A model generated the notes under the pieces. It worked only from the letters and a program-made list of their open reading frames with translations, did not search any database and had not been told where the DNA came from. Positions 10,531-20,337 of a stretch of DNA of 64,000 nucleotides are shown in pieces. A program made the translations under genes and the position numbers. The number at the start of each line of letters is the position of its first letter. Position 1 is the stretch's first letter. This DNA comes from Escherichia phage slur07. The stretch is from sequence record NC_028780.1. One strand, 5' to 3'.

Positions 10531-10824
10531 ATGGCCTTAAAAGCAACGGCACTTTTTGCCATGCTAGGATTGTCATTTGTTTTATCTCCATCGATTGAAG
10601 CGAATGTCGATCCTCATTTTGATAAATTTATGGAATCTGGTATTAGGCACGTTTATATGCTTTTTGAAAATAAAAGCGTAGAATCGTCTGAACAATTCTA
10701 TAGTTTTATGAGAACGACCTATAAAAATGACCCGTGCTCTTCTGATTTTGAATGTATAGAACGAGGCGCGGAGATGGCACAATCATACGCTAGAATTATG
10801 AACATTAAATTGGAGACTGAATGA
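10531..10824 (+). CDS. rI: lysis-inhibition regulator RI
   Basis: 97 aa with signal-anchor MALKATALFAMLGLSFVL...; matches T4 RI length and N-terminus as recalled. Confidence 0.85.
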   Translation: MALKATALFAMLGLSFVLSPSIEANVDPHFDKFMESGIRHVYMLFENKSVESSEQFYSFMRTTYKNDPCSSDFECIERGAEMAQSYARIMNIKLETE

Positions 10825-11207
10825 AATTCAGCGACTTTTCACAAAGTGGAAAACCTTCAAAGGCAGATGAATACTTAGGTTTATTAATGGCTGCACAAGC
10901 TTATTTTCATTCTGCACATTTTGAAACTAAAAGTTATGCTAGACACAAAGCATACGATTTTATTTTCTCCGAGTTGCCAGATTTGATTGATAAATTTGGT
11001 GAGCAATATTTGGGGTATTCTGGTAGAAAATACACACCTTCAATTCCAGATGCCAGTAAACTTCCTACCGACACAATTAAAATGATTGATCACATACTAG
11101 ACCAATCTAACAGCATTTATAAAGAAATGCCTCCAGCCATCCAAAGCACGATAGATGATATTACTGGAATGTTTTACCAGAGTAAGTATCTTCTTTCCCT
11201 CGAATAA
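10821..11207 (+). CDS. hypothetical protein (rI.1 position)
   Basis: 128-aa ORF overlapping rI stop. Confidence 0.55.
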   Translation: MKFSDFSQSGKPSKADEYLGLLMAAQAYFHSAHFETKSYARHKAYDFIFSELPDLIDKFGEQYLGYSGRKYTPSIPDASKLPTDTIKMIDHILDQSNSIYKEMPPAIQSTIDDITGMFYQSKYLLSLE

Positions 11208-11211
11208 CATT

Positions 11212-11236
11212 AGTCTCCTTCGGGAGACTTTTTTCA
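11212..11236 (+). terminator. rho-independent terminator-like hairpin
   Basis: AGTCTCC-TTCG-GGAGACT followed by TTTTTT. Confidence 0.55.
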
Positions 11237-11244
11237 TTTTACCG

Positions 11245-11275
11245 GTTTACTTTCCGTTTGAGCTGTGGTACTATA
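11245..11275 (+). promoter_or_regulatory. T4-type early promoter
   Basis: GTTTAC 11245-11250, TACTAT near 11270. Confidence 0.55.
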
Positions 11276-11302
11276 CAACTATCGGATAAAGAGGAGAACA
11301 TC

Positions 11303-11491
11303 ATGAAAATTGAAGCACTTAATCAAGAAGGAAATATCTACGTCATCATTAATGGTGATTTTTTCGTCGACATGGATGAAGTTACTAGTGAAGAACTTGT
11401 AGAATTTCTTAAGAAACGTTATAATATGTGTGATGAAGTTGCAACTCACATGGCGTGTGCAATATTCTCTCTTTCATATGTGGTGGAATAA
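11303..11491 (+). CDS. hypothetical small protein
   Basis: 62 aa, GAGGAG RBS. Confidence 0.45.
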   Translation: MKIEALNQEGNIYVIINGDFFVDMDEVTSEELVEFLKKRYNMCDEVATHMACAIFSLSYVVE

Positions 11492-11694
11492 TGATTAGTA
11501 TCGAACAAGCGGATAAAATTAAGGAATTGGTAGCTTTAATTCGTAAAGCAGATGAGGAACTTAGTGACTTTGCTTGGTTTTCGTCAGGCATTGCAAATAA
11601 AAGTATTGAAGAACTTGAAGATAAAGTTAATAATGCTGTAGAAGCGTTAGATATGTTTCTTGATGAAATTATCGATCATAATACGAGAGTTTAA
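11491..11694 (+). CDS. small helical protein (EQK-family paralogue)
   Basis: 67 aa [14 protein letters not shown]... Confidence 0.45.
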   Translation: MISIEQADKIKELVALIRKADEELSDFAWFSSGIANKSIEELEDKVNNAVEALDMFLDEIIDHNTRV

Positions 11695-11696
11695 GT

Positions 11697-11891
11697 ATGC
11701 TAACACGCGAACAGTTTGAAAAAATCATTAAATTAGCACGTGATATTGAAATAGATTCATATCAATTAGCAGTTGAGCATTGTGAAGGATATTCATACGA
11801 CGGTATAGAAGCAGCTAAAAAGGATTTGGATAAATCCAAAGCTAAGTTAGTTCAATATCTTGAAATGATTAGGTGGAATAATGAAAACTGA
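11697..11891 (+). CDS. small helical protein (EQK-family paralogue)
   Basis: 64 aa MLTREQFEKIIKLA... Confidence 0.45.
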   Translation: MLTREQFEKIIKLARDIEIDSYQLAVEHCEGYSYDGIEAAKKDLDKSKAKLVQYLEMIRWNNEN

Positions 11892-12054
11892 AAAGCAGAT
11901 GTTTTTAATGAAGCTAATTGAAGAATATGCTAATGCAGTTTCTGACTATGAATGTTCTTCTCGTGAAAGAGGTACAGCTTTCGCAAAGGAAGAAATGAAA
12001 ATCATGGTTGATGCTCATACAAAGCTTCAGAATTTTATCGAAAACGTCATTTAA
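11881..12054 (+). CDS. small helical protein (possible EQK-family member)
   Basis: 57 codons MKTEKQMFLMKLIEE... Confidence 0.4.
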   Translation: MKTEKQMFLMKLIEEYANAVSDYECSSRERGTAFAKEEMKIMVDAHTKLQNFIENVI

Positions 12055-12056
12055 TG

Positions 12057-12086
12057 GTTTACAAGTTGGCAAGGTTATGGTATAGT
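12057..12086 (+). promoter_or_regulatory. T4-type early promoter
   Basis: GTTTAC 12057-12062, TATAGT 12081-12086. Confidence 0.5.
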
Positions 12087-12218
12087 AATCTTGTCAACTG
12101 CCAAGGAGAAGAGAATGAAAGTTTTGTTTGTTGTGTATGTGGTGATTCAATATAATTACCCAATGTTTACTTATAATCTGGTGAACAACATTATTGATAT
12201 GATTCAGAGGAGTATGTA

Positions 12219-12764
12219 ATGACGGTAGCGGCGAAACGATTAGTATTAGAAGTTAGTTCACTTTTTGGTGAATTGGCTATAGAAAAAGTAAATAATATGT
12301 ATCGTTTGACACAAGAAGACGATATGCTATATTTTACGCCTAGTGAAATCATTCATTTAACCCAAATTGAAAATCCTTATACTGATAAAATTGTAAGCAT
12401 TAATGATGAGCATAAAATTCATTTTTATTCTTCATGCCCAGGATTTAATATTGAAAGCGAGTCAATATGCTTATCAGTTATCCATTGGGATAGTTTTATA
12501 GATAAGATTAAATATTTTTATTATTCTAATGAAAGAAAACACAGTTTAAAATGGTTTAAAAATTGCAATGCTATTATTACTAACGCTTGCAATCAGAATG
12601 ATGAAACTGTTTTAAACGTATCAAAATGTTATGAAGATGGAGATGTCTTAACTATTCGTCAAATTGATGATTTTCGAGCACATATTGTCACATTTACCAA
12701 AGACGAAGCTATTGCACTAAAGACTTATCTTGATTCTGTTATTCCAACTATGATTTCAAAGTGA
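12219..12764 (+). CDS. hypothetical protein (paralogue pair with 12771)
   Basis: 181 aa; C-terminus KTYLDSVIPTMISK vs IKYLTTITPSMKG of next ORF. Confidence 0.55.
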   Translation: MTVAAKRLVLEVSSLFGELAIEKVNNMYRLTQEDDMLYFTPSEIIHLTQIENPYTDKIVSINDEHKIHFYSSCPGFNIESESICLSVIHWDSFIDKIKYFYYSNERKHSLKWFKNCNAIITNACNQNDETVLNVSKCYEDGDVLTIRQIDDFRAHIVTFTKDEAIALKTYLDSVIPTMISK

Positions 12765-12770
12765 GGAAAT

Positions 12771-13292
12771 ATGTTTATTTCAAGTGAAAGTGGTTTAATT
12801 CGTGTTGAATTTAAAAATGACATCTTCCTTAGTCAAGGAGATGATATTATTAAAATGAGTTATGACGAAATCAAGAAAATTTGTCATACTCTTGAAAGCC
12901 GTGGAAAAGTAAATGCTGTTATTGACATCGGTGATTTATGGGTAACGCTTTATGAAGTATCCGAAGGATTTAACATTGAAGATGAAAATAACATTTTAGC
13001 TATTGATAAAAGAACTGATTTGTTTGATGTATTAAAAGCCTATGAACAGTCAAATGGTGGAAGAAAAGCTGCATTGATTTATCAAAAACCACATTCATGT
13101 GGAACTGCTTCAATCATTTCAAATATTGAAGGTGAAGTTGATACTTATATGTGTGTTTTAAAAGCTGGTGGTGACCGTCATCCGGATTTTATTTCTATTC
13201 GTCAAAACAATGGAGAAATTTCATTATCAAAATCAGAAGCTGAAGCTATGATTAAGTATTTAACAACCATTACGCCTTCAATGAAAGGATAA
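12771..13292 (+). CDS. hypothetical protein (paralogue pair with 12219)
   Basis: 173-aa ORF. Confidence 0.55.
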   Translation: MFISSESGLIRVEFKNDIFLSQGDDIIKMSYDEIKKICHTLESRGKVNAVIDIGDLWVTLYEVSEGFNIEDENNILAIDKRTDLFDVLKAYEQSNGGRKAALIYQKPHSCGTASIISNIEGEVDTYMCVLKAGGDRHPDFISIRQNNGEISLSKSEAEAMIKYLTTITPSMKG

Positions 13293-13294
13293 TT

Positions 13295-13756
13295 ATGATT
13301 ATTAATGAAAACTCTTGGCACTATAAATTATTCAAATTGTTTAACGATGAATGGCAACGACCTAAGACATTATGCGCATATTTTTGGTCTATTGCCATTC
13401 CTACATTTTTCGTTTCTATTTTTGGGTGTGCTATACTCGTAGGGTTAACAATTATTTGTGCAGAAAGCCTACAACGTTGGCTTATTTTCGGTAGTTTATG
13501 GACTCTTCTTCCATCGGCATTTATACTTGCACTTTTGGTTGTTTTACTTATTATCGGTTCATTTGTTATTCCTGCACATTTGCGTGAAAAATATAAAGAT
13601 TATAAATGGAAAAAGGATTATGCTTTACACGTAGAAAATATTGATAGAGCGTATAAAGGTTTACCTCCTATTCAACCCAAGAAATCGATTATCGTCGAAT
13701 TTTTAAAAGCTCGTAAAGCTAAAGTATGTCCTGTTATTGAATATAAGGCTGAATGA
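13295..13756 (+). CDS. membrane protein
   Basis: 153 aa, two to three hydrophobic helices. Confidence 0.55.
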   Translation: MIINENSWHYKLFKLFNDEWQRPKTLCAYFWSIAIPTFFVSIFGCAILVGLTIICAESLQRWLIFGSLWTLLPSAFILALLVVLLIIGSFVIPAHLREKYKDYKWKKDYALHVENIDRAYKGLPPIQPKKSIIVEFLKARKAKVCPVIEYKAE

Positions 13757-14765
13757 TGAAAACAGTAATGAAAAGCTATTTTGGTAGTCATCTTTATGGA
13801 ACTTCTACCCCAGAATCTGATGTAGATTTTAAAGAAATTTTTGTTCCTCCTGCTCGCGATATTCTTATCGGAAATGTCAAAGAGCACATGAGTAAAAACA
13901 CTAACAACACATCATCTAAAACACTAAAGATGATATTGACCATGAACTATACAGTCTTAAATATTTCTTTAAATTAGCAGCAGATGGTGAAACTGTAGCA
14001 TTGGATATGCTTCACACTCCACCTGAACTAGTGGTTAAATCTGATTTGCCTGATGTGTGGAAGTTTATTCAAGACAACCGTTCTCGTTTTTATACGACTA
14101 ACATGAAATCCTATTTAGGATATGTCCGCAAGCAAGCTTCTAAATACGGCGTCAAGGGTTCTCGTTTGGCTGCATTACGTGATGTATTGAAAGTAGTTAA
14201 TCAAATCCCTGAGCAATGGGTTGATTACCAAGAAGACGGTTCCATTAAGCAGCGTCGTACTAAAGTTGAAGATATTAAGCATCGTCTTCCAGAAAACGAA
14301 TTCTGTGAATGGGTGTTCCATAATCATGAGAAAACAGGTCCACAAACGTTCTATACAGTGCTGGGTCGTAAATATCAGACAACGCTTTCTCTTATTGAGC
14401 TTAAGCAGTCACTGAACAAATTAGATGCTGAATATGGTGAACGTGCTCGTAAGGCCGAAGCTAATGAAGGTATTGATTGGAAAGCACTAAGTCATGCTTG
14501 TCGTGGTGGACTTCAACTATTGGAAATTTACAAAACTGGCGACTTGATTTATCCACTCCAAGATGCTCCATTTATTCTCGACGTGAAGTTGGGTAAACAT
14601 CCATTTAAAACAGTTCAAGAGTTTTTGGAAGATGTGGTCGATCAAGTAGAAGCAGCATCTACTGAAGCTTCTAAGAATGGTATGCCTAAAACAGTAGACA
14701 TGAGTTTCTGGGATGACTTCCTTGAGAAGGTCTATCTTGAAAACCACCGAAGTTATTATAAATGA
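13753..14765 (+). pseudogene. nucleotidyltransferase-fold gene split by a frameshift (two ORFs 13753-13977 and 13920/14001-14765)
   Basis: N-terminal ORF carries GS...SDVD NTase motif (FGSHLYGTSTPESDVDF); second frame opens at 13920 and overlaps end of first. Confidence 0.5.
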
Positions 14766-14767
14766 TA

Positions 14768-14792
14768 GGGAGCCTTCGGGCTCCCTTTTTTA
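14768..14792 (+). terminator. rho-independent terminator
   Basis: GGGAGCC-TTCG-GGCTCCC followed by TTTTTT. Confidence 0.6.
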
Positions 14793-14815
14793 TTTCAAAA
14801 ATTTTTCACAAAACT

Positions 14816-14845
14816 GTTTACAAGCATAAAGCTTTATGGTACTAT
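14816..14845 (+). promoter_or_regulatory. T4-type early promoter with A/T UP element
   Basis: GTTTAC 14816-14821, TACTAT 14840-14845; upstream AAAAATTTTTCACAAAACT. Confidence 0.6.
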
Positions 14846-14889
14846 ACAACTATCAACTGATACGGATTTGGAGAATAAAATGAAAACTG
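14837..14889 (+). repeat. promoter-leader-start cassette, near-identical copy at 42058-42110
   Basis: 53 nt identical except 2 positions, runs from -10 through RBS into first 3 codons. Confidence 0.8.
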
Positions 14890-15848
14890 TAACTATCAAT
14901 AAGGGTATCTACTTCGGTAAAGAAATCTCTGGAACTTTTGAGCTCTTAGGTGAATGGTTCCCAGATAATGCTCCGGTAGATGCGCAAGGAGATGGTAAAG
15001 TTTTTGTTGAAATTGACGGTAAACGTCGCGGTGTTTGGGTTTACAAATCAGACATTTCATATGATGGTGTAAAAGTTGAAGAAGTTAAAGAATCGTATGA
15101 AGATATGAAAACCCGCATTAATAAAAGATTTAATGTTATGGGAATGATGACGAATGGTATTATTAATGGAAATATTCGTTCATTAATTATCTCTGGTGCG
15201 GCGGGTATTGGTAAAACGTATTCTTTAGATAAAGCTTTAAATAAAGCAAATGATATTGGATACATTGAATATAAAAGCATTAACGGTAAAATCTCCGGTA
15301 TCGGTCTTTATGAACAGCTTTGGAATAATCGTGAAGAGAATTCTGTCCTTTTGATTGATGATGTGGATGTTTTCTCTGATATGGACATTCTTAATCTTCT
15401 GAAAGCTGCTCTGGACACTGGAGAGACCCGTAAAGTCTGCTGGAGCACCGCATCTTCTTACTTAGAAGAAAAAGGCATTGAGCGTGAGTTTGAATTTAAA
15501 GGAACGATTGTTTTTATCACAAACGTTGACATTGACCGCGAATTAGACCGTGGTACTAAACTTGCTCCACATTTACAAGCATTAGTGTCCCGCTCAGTTT
15601 ATTTGGATTTGGGTGTTCACACTAATGAAGAAATTATGGTCAGGGTTGAAGATGTTATTCTTTCAACTGACATGATGCAAAAGCGCGGTCTTTCTGATGA
15701 AGAAACTTATAAAGCATTATCATGGATGAAAGTCAATGTTAATCGTTTACGCAATGTTTCACTGCGTACTGCTCTTTATCTTGCTGACTTTATTATGACC
15801 GACAAAAATGGTTGGGAAGAAATTGCTGAGGTTACTCTTCTGAAATAA
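14880..15848 (+). CDS. AAA+/P-loop ATPase, function unknown
   Basis: Walker A GAAGIGKT, Walker B LLIDDVD; 322 aa. Confidence 0.65.
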   Translation: MKTVTINKGIYFGKEISGTFELLGEWFPDNAPVDAQGDGKVFVEIDGKRRGVWVYKSDISYDGVKVEEVKESYEDMKTRINKRFNVMGMMTNGIINGNIRSLIISGAAGIGKTYSLDKALNKANDIGYIEYKSINGKISGIGLYEQLWNNREENSVLLIDDVDVFSDMDILNLLKAALDTGETRKVCWSTASSYLEEKGIEREFEFKGTIVFITNVDIDRELDRGTKLAPHLQALVSRSVYLDLGVHTNEEIMVRVEDVILSTDMMQKRGLSDEETYKALSWMKVNVNRLRNVSLRTALYLADFIMTDKNGWEEIAEVTLLK

Positions 15849-15946
15849 TTCATAAGAGGCCTTCTATGACAAAAAGGCAGTTCAGAAATAGATTATATGG
15901 ACTGCCATCAAAAAGATGACTAGAATTAAACTGGTAAATGGAGGTA

Positions 15947-16252
15947 ATGATGTTATACTCAAAGGCTCGTGAAATTTATGAAACTAAAATTAAAGAAGCA
16001 GTATTTCAGTTCGCAACAACGATGCGATGGACAAATGATTGGGAGTATTCAAAAAATCATAAGAAGTCCTTGGTGACAAGAAAGGCTCATATGTTAGTGT
16101 TAATAGACCGTGAGCAGATTAAAGCCCGAGAAGCCCTCCAGAATCATAAAAAGGCTGCCTTTGAATGGTTTATGGATAACACTGCTCCTGAGACTAAGAA
16201 AGCAGTGAGCGCGTGGTTCAGTGGAAAAAATTGTGAAAGAAGTTTCTTTTAG
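15947..16252 (+). CDS. hypothetical protein
   Basis: about 100 aa; GGAGG RBS; start could be ATG 15950. Confidence 0.5.
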   Translation: MMLYSKAREIYETKIKEAVFQFATTMRWTNDWEYSKNHKKSLVTRKAHMLVLIDREQIKAREALQNHKKAAFEWFMDNTAPETKKAVSAWFSGKNCERSFF

Positions 16253-16254
16253 TT

Positions 16255-16298
16255 GTTTACAAGACCGTTCCTCTGTGGTACTATACAACTATCAACTA
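16255..16298 (+). repeat. early-promoter core cassette, 43/44 identical to 42037-42080
   Basis: GTTTACAAGAC(C/T)GTTCCTCTGTGGTACTATACAACTATCAACTA; includes -35 and -10. Confidence 0.8.
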
Positions 16299-16312
16299 CG
16301 GAGGAACAGAAA

Positions 16313-16840
16313 ATGAATGCTAAAGATATTTTCAACTTGGTAAACTACAATGATGGTAAATTTAAATCTGAAGCTCAAAGCAAGTTCTTTAATGACATCT
16401 CAATTGGAGGTGAAATCACTGTTGATGGAGGACAAATTTACAAATCACGTTGGAATTGGATCGTTATTATTGATGAGATTGGTATTGTAGAAATTTACAA
16501 AAATACGAATAAAAATCGTACATTACACTGGTCTCGTGATACTAACGAACAGTACAAAAAGGATAAAGCATCTAAATTATCTCGTGTAACTCAAGAAGAT
16601 ATTGAGTTCATCAAGAAAGATATTTTGATGTATGATAACTTAATTGCTGAAGAGCAAGCTGTTATTGATAAATTTGATGAGATTAAAGCTTCTCGTGAAA
16701 TTCCTGATTTTATGAAAGAATCAGTAAATGAACGATACACTCTCATTTCAGAGCGTATTGAAACTTACAAAAAGCAAAGAGCTGAACGCCAGAATACTCT
16801 TCGGAAGTTTGAAGAACGGTTAAAGACGGTACTCGCATAA
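16313..16840 (+). CDS. hypothetical protein
   Basis: 176 aa from ATG 16313 (GGAGGAA RBS). Confidence 0.55.
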   Translation: MNAKDIFNLVNYNDGKFKSEAQSKFFNDISIGGEITVDGGQIYKSRWNWIVIIDEIGIVEIYKNTNKNRTLHWSRDTNEQYKKDKASKLSRVTQEDIEFIKKDILMYDNLIAEEQAVIDKFDEIKASREIPDFMKESVNERYTLISERIETYKKQRAERQNTLRKFEERLKTVLA

Positions 16841-16841
16841 C

Positions 16842-16866
16842 CGCTTTATACCAAGGATGGTATAAT
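16842..16866 (+). promoter_or_regulatory. MotA-dependent middle promoter-like element
   Basis: MotA-box-like CGCTTTA 16842-16848, 12-nt spacer, TATAAT 16861-16866. Confidence 0.4.
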
Positions 16867-16895
16867 GGTTCTAAGCCCTTTTAATTGAGATTATT

Positions 16896-17303
16896 ATGAA
16901 ACAGTTGATAATTAAAAGATTGAATTTATTGATATGTTGTTTATGTATAGTAATTGCATATGGTTATTACGCAATTAATGATTATATGCATTATAAAGAT
17001 TATGATGTTACTGTAGTTAATACCTTTACAGGAACTCAAGGAAAGGGGTCTAGTTTATCGTTTATTGCCGTATATGAACTAAATGACGGTTATAGATTTA
17101 GCGAATATATTTCACTGGAGATGTATTCTTCAATAGAAAAAGGTGATAATATTACTGTAAGTTTACGTCCTTTCGACGTAAAACAGACATTGTTTGATAA
17201 TATTGTTTGGTTCTTTGGAATGGTATTAGTTCAATCTGTGTGTGGTGCTTATATAGTCTGTTCCATCTTATTCTGTATATTTAGTAAAATTGAAATTGAG
17301 TGA
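16896..17303 (+). CDS. membrane protein
   Basis: 135 aa, N- and C-terminal TM helices. Confidence 0.55.
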   Translation: MKQLIIKRLNLLICCLCIVIAYGYYAINDYMHYKDYDVTVVNTFTGTQGKGSSLSFIAVYELNDGYRFSEYISLEMYSSIEKGDNITVSLRPFDVKQTLFDNIVWFFGMVLVQSVCGAYIVCSILFCIFSKIEIE

Positions 17304-17310
17304 GGAAAAT

Positions 17311-18198
17311 ATGTCAGTAGTAATTAATAATGTCAATGCAGTAATTAAATCTTTAGTTAATAAAAAATTGAATGAATGGACTGTACTTCGTCGTGGAGAG
17401 CCAGATAAATTTTTTCATAGATTTAACCCAACTTTGGATTTGAATGTTATTGACAGAGATGTTCATGCTGAAATATTAGATAAGTTTAAAGTTGATATTG
17501 GGTTTGGATTAGATAAACATTTACAACGAACAAACGGGTCTGGAATGGGTTTATCTAATCGCATCATGAAAGCCCTTAATAAAATTGGAGCGTTGTCTCG
17601 TATTAATGCGAGTGAAATCCTTCGCAATTATAATAAAGGATATGACCTTTATGGTCGACTAATGCCGAAATTATCATTCGATCAAATGATTGCGGATTTG
17701 TGGGAAAATCAACGACGATTATTAGCATTAGGCGCTCGATTAGCTAAAGGTCTAGATAAACAAATGATTTTTAAGACCAATAATACAGAAGACCTTAAAT
17801 GCTTTAAATTTAGTATTCGCGGCGATGATTATTATATCAGAGCTCGCTCTACAGATTATGTTAATATGGGGCATCATCTCTGTTTAGCTTTTGAAGTTTT
17901 AAAAGAAGCTGGAACGTTAGAATATTCATCTGGTGCTAAATGCCCGATTGGTTCAAATTGCATTTTAATTTATCGCCCGGATGAATCCAGTTTAACTAAA
18001 TTTCCTACAAAACCTGTACCAGTTCGTAGTAATGAAAAACATTCTGAGCAAATTGATTATTTTAATAAGCAAATTGAAGAGCTGAATATTTCTATTCAAC
18101 AATATGACGATGAAATTTTCAGACTATCTGGACTGAGTAGTAAAGCTAAATCTGAACGTGAAAAATTAATTAAAATTGTTGATTTACTTAAATCTTAA
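17311..18198 (+). CDS. hypothetical protein with C-terminal coiled coil (array member A)
   Basis: 295 aa from ATG 17311 (GAGGAAA RBS); C-terminal heptads. Confidence 0.55.
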   Translation: MSVVINNVNAVIKSLVNKKLNEWTVLRRGEPDKFFHRFNPTLDLNVIDRDVHAEILDKFKVDIGFGLDKHLQRTNGSGMGLSNRIMKALNKIGALSRINASEILRNYNKGYDLYGRLMPKLSFDQMIADLWENQRRLLALGARLAKGLDKQMIFKTNNTEDLKCFKFSIRGDDYYIRARSTDYVNMGHHLCLAFEVLKEAGTLEYSSGAKCPIGSNCILIYRPDESSLTKFPTKPVPVRSNEKHSEQIDYFNKQIEELNISIQQYDDEIFRLSGLSSKAKSEREKLIKIVDLLKS

Positions 18199-18206
18199 GG
18201 AACACC

Positions 18207-19226
18207 ATGAAAACTCGTTCTCAAATTGAAGATATGGTTCGTAATGCCAGCTATACTCGTGATGTTATGACATTTTTGTGCCAAAATAATTTAGACCCTG
18301 ATAAAGTTAATCGTGATATTCACTTTAAATATATGAATAGCAGTGAATGGTTACGTCATTTTAGTAAAGCGGGGTATATTACACAAATGACTGCTCGTGA
18401 GCAGCTCACCGATTTCTGTAAAACTATTGATTATAAAAATCCTCTATTTGTTCAAGGTGTTGGTCAGAGTAAGGTCGATTTATCATCTGGATTTTTCAAT
18501 CCAAATCATTATCGTATTGAATGGAGATTTATTGCTCTATTCCGTAAACAATTAAAGCAAATTTTGTCGACGGCTAGTCGATTAAAAGGTTCTGATATTA
18601 ACTTAAAGAATCTGAAATTTGATGGTTATACTCTTCAGATGGAAGTAAGACCATTAAAAGAAAATAATAGAACTGCACGAATTAGCTTTAAACCTAATAC
18701 AAAAAATTCTCTTTCAATTTGTGAATGCCTTAAATCACAGTTGACAGAAGCATTTAAGTATATGGATGTTGTTGCTGCTGTTCAATCTAAGATTTTACCT
18801 CGTTTTGAACGATTTAAGTTAGATACAACATCATATGAACTTGATATGATCGTTTCATTTAAATACGATTTTTTGAGAAAGGACGAAGTCCCGCAAGAGA
18901 AAAAGCAGGAAGTGCAAGATAACTTAAATTTATCCAATTACTTATCAAACGATCCTAAATTTTGGATGTATAGTTCAGGTAATAATGATGCATGGAAATT
19001 CAATAAAGTGAATTTTCTTCCTGTTGAAAATCCGAGTCTTAAACCTGTTGAAAAATGGCACGCGGATGCGATTGAGAAGTCTATCAAGGCAGTAGATGAT
19101 GAACTCGTTAAAGCGACCAATGAAGTGCTAGAAGCTGAAAAGGCGTTAGAACAAGCTCAAGAAAAAGTAAAAAATCTCACGAAGCAACGTTCTAAACTGA
19201 ACAATGCACTAAATGCACTGAACTAG
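18207..19226 (+). CDS. hypothetical protein with C-terminal coiled coil (array member B)
   Basis: 339 aa, starts MKTR like member D. Confidence 0.6.
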   Translation: MKTRSQIEDMVRNASYTRDVMTFLCQNNLDPDKVNRDIHFKYMNSSEWLRHFSKAGYITQMTAREQLTDFCKTIDYKNPLFVQGVGQSKVDLSSGFFNPNHYRIEWRFIALFRKQLKQILSTASRLKGSDINLKNLKFDGYTLQMEVRPLKENNRTARISFKPNTKNSLSICECLKSQLTEAFKYMDVVAAVQSKILPRFERFKLDTTSYELDMIVSFKYDFLRKDEVPQEKKQEVQDNLNLSNYLSNDPKFWMYSSGNNDAWKFNKVNFLPVENPSLKPVEKWHADAIEKSIKAVDDELVKATNEVLEAEKALEQAQEKVKNLTKQRSKLNNALNALN

Positions 19227-19255
19227 TTTACTTTGCCACAAGGATGTGGTATAAT
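19226..19255 (+). promoter_or_regulatory. T4-type early promoter
   Basis: GTTTAC 19226-19231, TATAAT 19250-19255. Confidence 0.55.
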
Positions 19256-19283
19256 GTTCTTACTTTCTACTGAGGAGATTATT

Positions 19284-20285
19284 ATGACTCGTAACGAATA
19301 TATCAAATCATTCAATAGCGTTATTGATGATAAAGCTATACCGATGTTTGGTCAAAATATCGTTCTTTCTATTATCAATCAATGGCTCAATAGTGTTGAT
19401 GCAAGTATTGTTTCTTCTACTAAATTTATTCATGAAATTCGTAAAATTTCTAGCCGTGTAGATAAAGATGTTATCAAGAAAACTTTTAAAGAGTCTCGTC
19501 TTCTTTCATATTTGGTTAATCGGGATATTCTTGGTAATTTTGGGAAAGAAATTAAACGAACCAAAGATGTAGTAGGATATAATTGGTTCGGTGATGTTAA
19601 TTCTTATCATCTTAATAATAAAGAAGACCCTGAGAATATTTTTACTCGTCGTTGGATTAGTAATTTCAGACTTTTCAAAGGACAAATTCTAAAATCAGCT
19701 TCTAAATTATGTTATGGCGATTATCGTCAAATTCATCCTTTGGCTTCTGATATGATTATCGTAAAAGAATATGAGCTTGATGAAAATAAAGTAGCTATTT
19801 TTGTGAATTATGGATTTTTTACACCAAACGCTAACCAAAAGAATATTAATAAATTTTTCTCAATTGCTAGCACTATAACTCGTCAGTTAGAGACTGCATT
19901 ACTTTGTATGGAAACAGTAGAAAATATTCATACATATCCTTTTAAGAATATATGCGGATGGGAAGGATATAAAATTGTAATTAGTCTTCGTGAAGTGAAA
20001 TGTGCTTATTCACCGACTGATAAAGAAATTTACCAACAAAAATGTGAAGAAATTGTGAATACTCCTAAAGAAGAAACTACACTTGAGGAACTAATGGATA
20101 ATCTTGATGATTCGCCTGAATCGGTAGAAATTCGTCCAGAAGTTATTGCATTAGAAAAAGCTTATAAAGAAGCTCTAGAAATTTCTAATAAAGCGCAGAA
20201 AGAATATGAGCAGGCTAAAAAGATTTGGGAAGAATCCGTTAATCGTCTTGATCGTCTTGAACAAGCTTTACAGTTAATTAAGTAA
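19284..20285 (+). CDS. hypothetical protein with C-terminal coiled coil (array member C)
   Basis: 333 aa from ATG 19284. Confidence 0.6.
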   Translation: MTRNEYIKSFNSVIDDKAIPMFGQNIVLSIINQWLNSVDASIVSSTKFIHEIRKISSRVDKDVIKKTFKESRLLSYLVNRDILGNFGKEIKRTKDVVGYNWFGDVNSYHLNNKEDPENIFTRRWISNFRLFKGQILKSASKLCYGDYRQIHPLASDMIIVKEYELDENKVAIFVNYGFFTPNANQKNINKFFSIASTITRQLETALLCMETVENIHTYPFKNICGWEGYKIVISLREVKCAYSPTDKEIYQQKCEEIVNTPKEETTLEELMDNLDDSPESVEIRPEVIALEKAYKEALEISNKAQKEYEQAKKIWEESVNRLDRLEQALQLIK

Positions 20286-20337
20286 TTTAAAGCCAAGGAT
20301 GGCTCGGAGTATAAACCATTAACCAAGTGAGAAGAAT

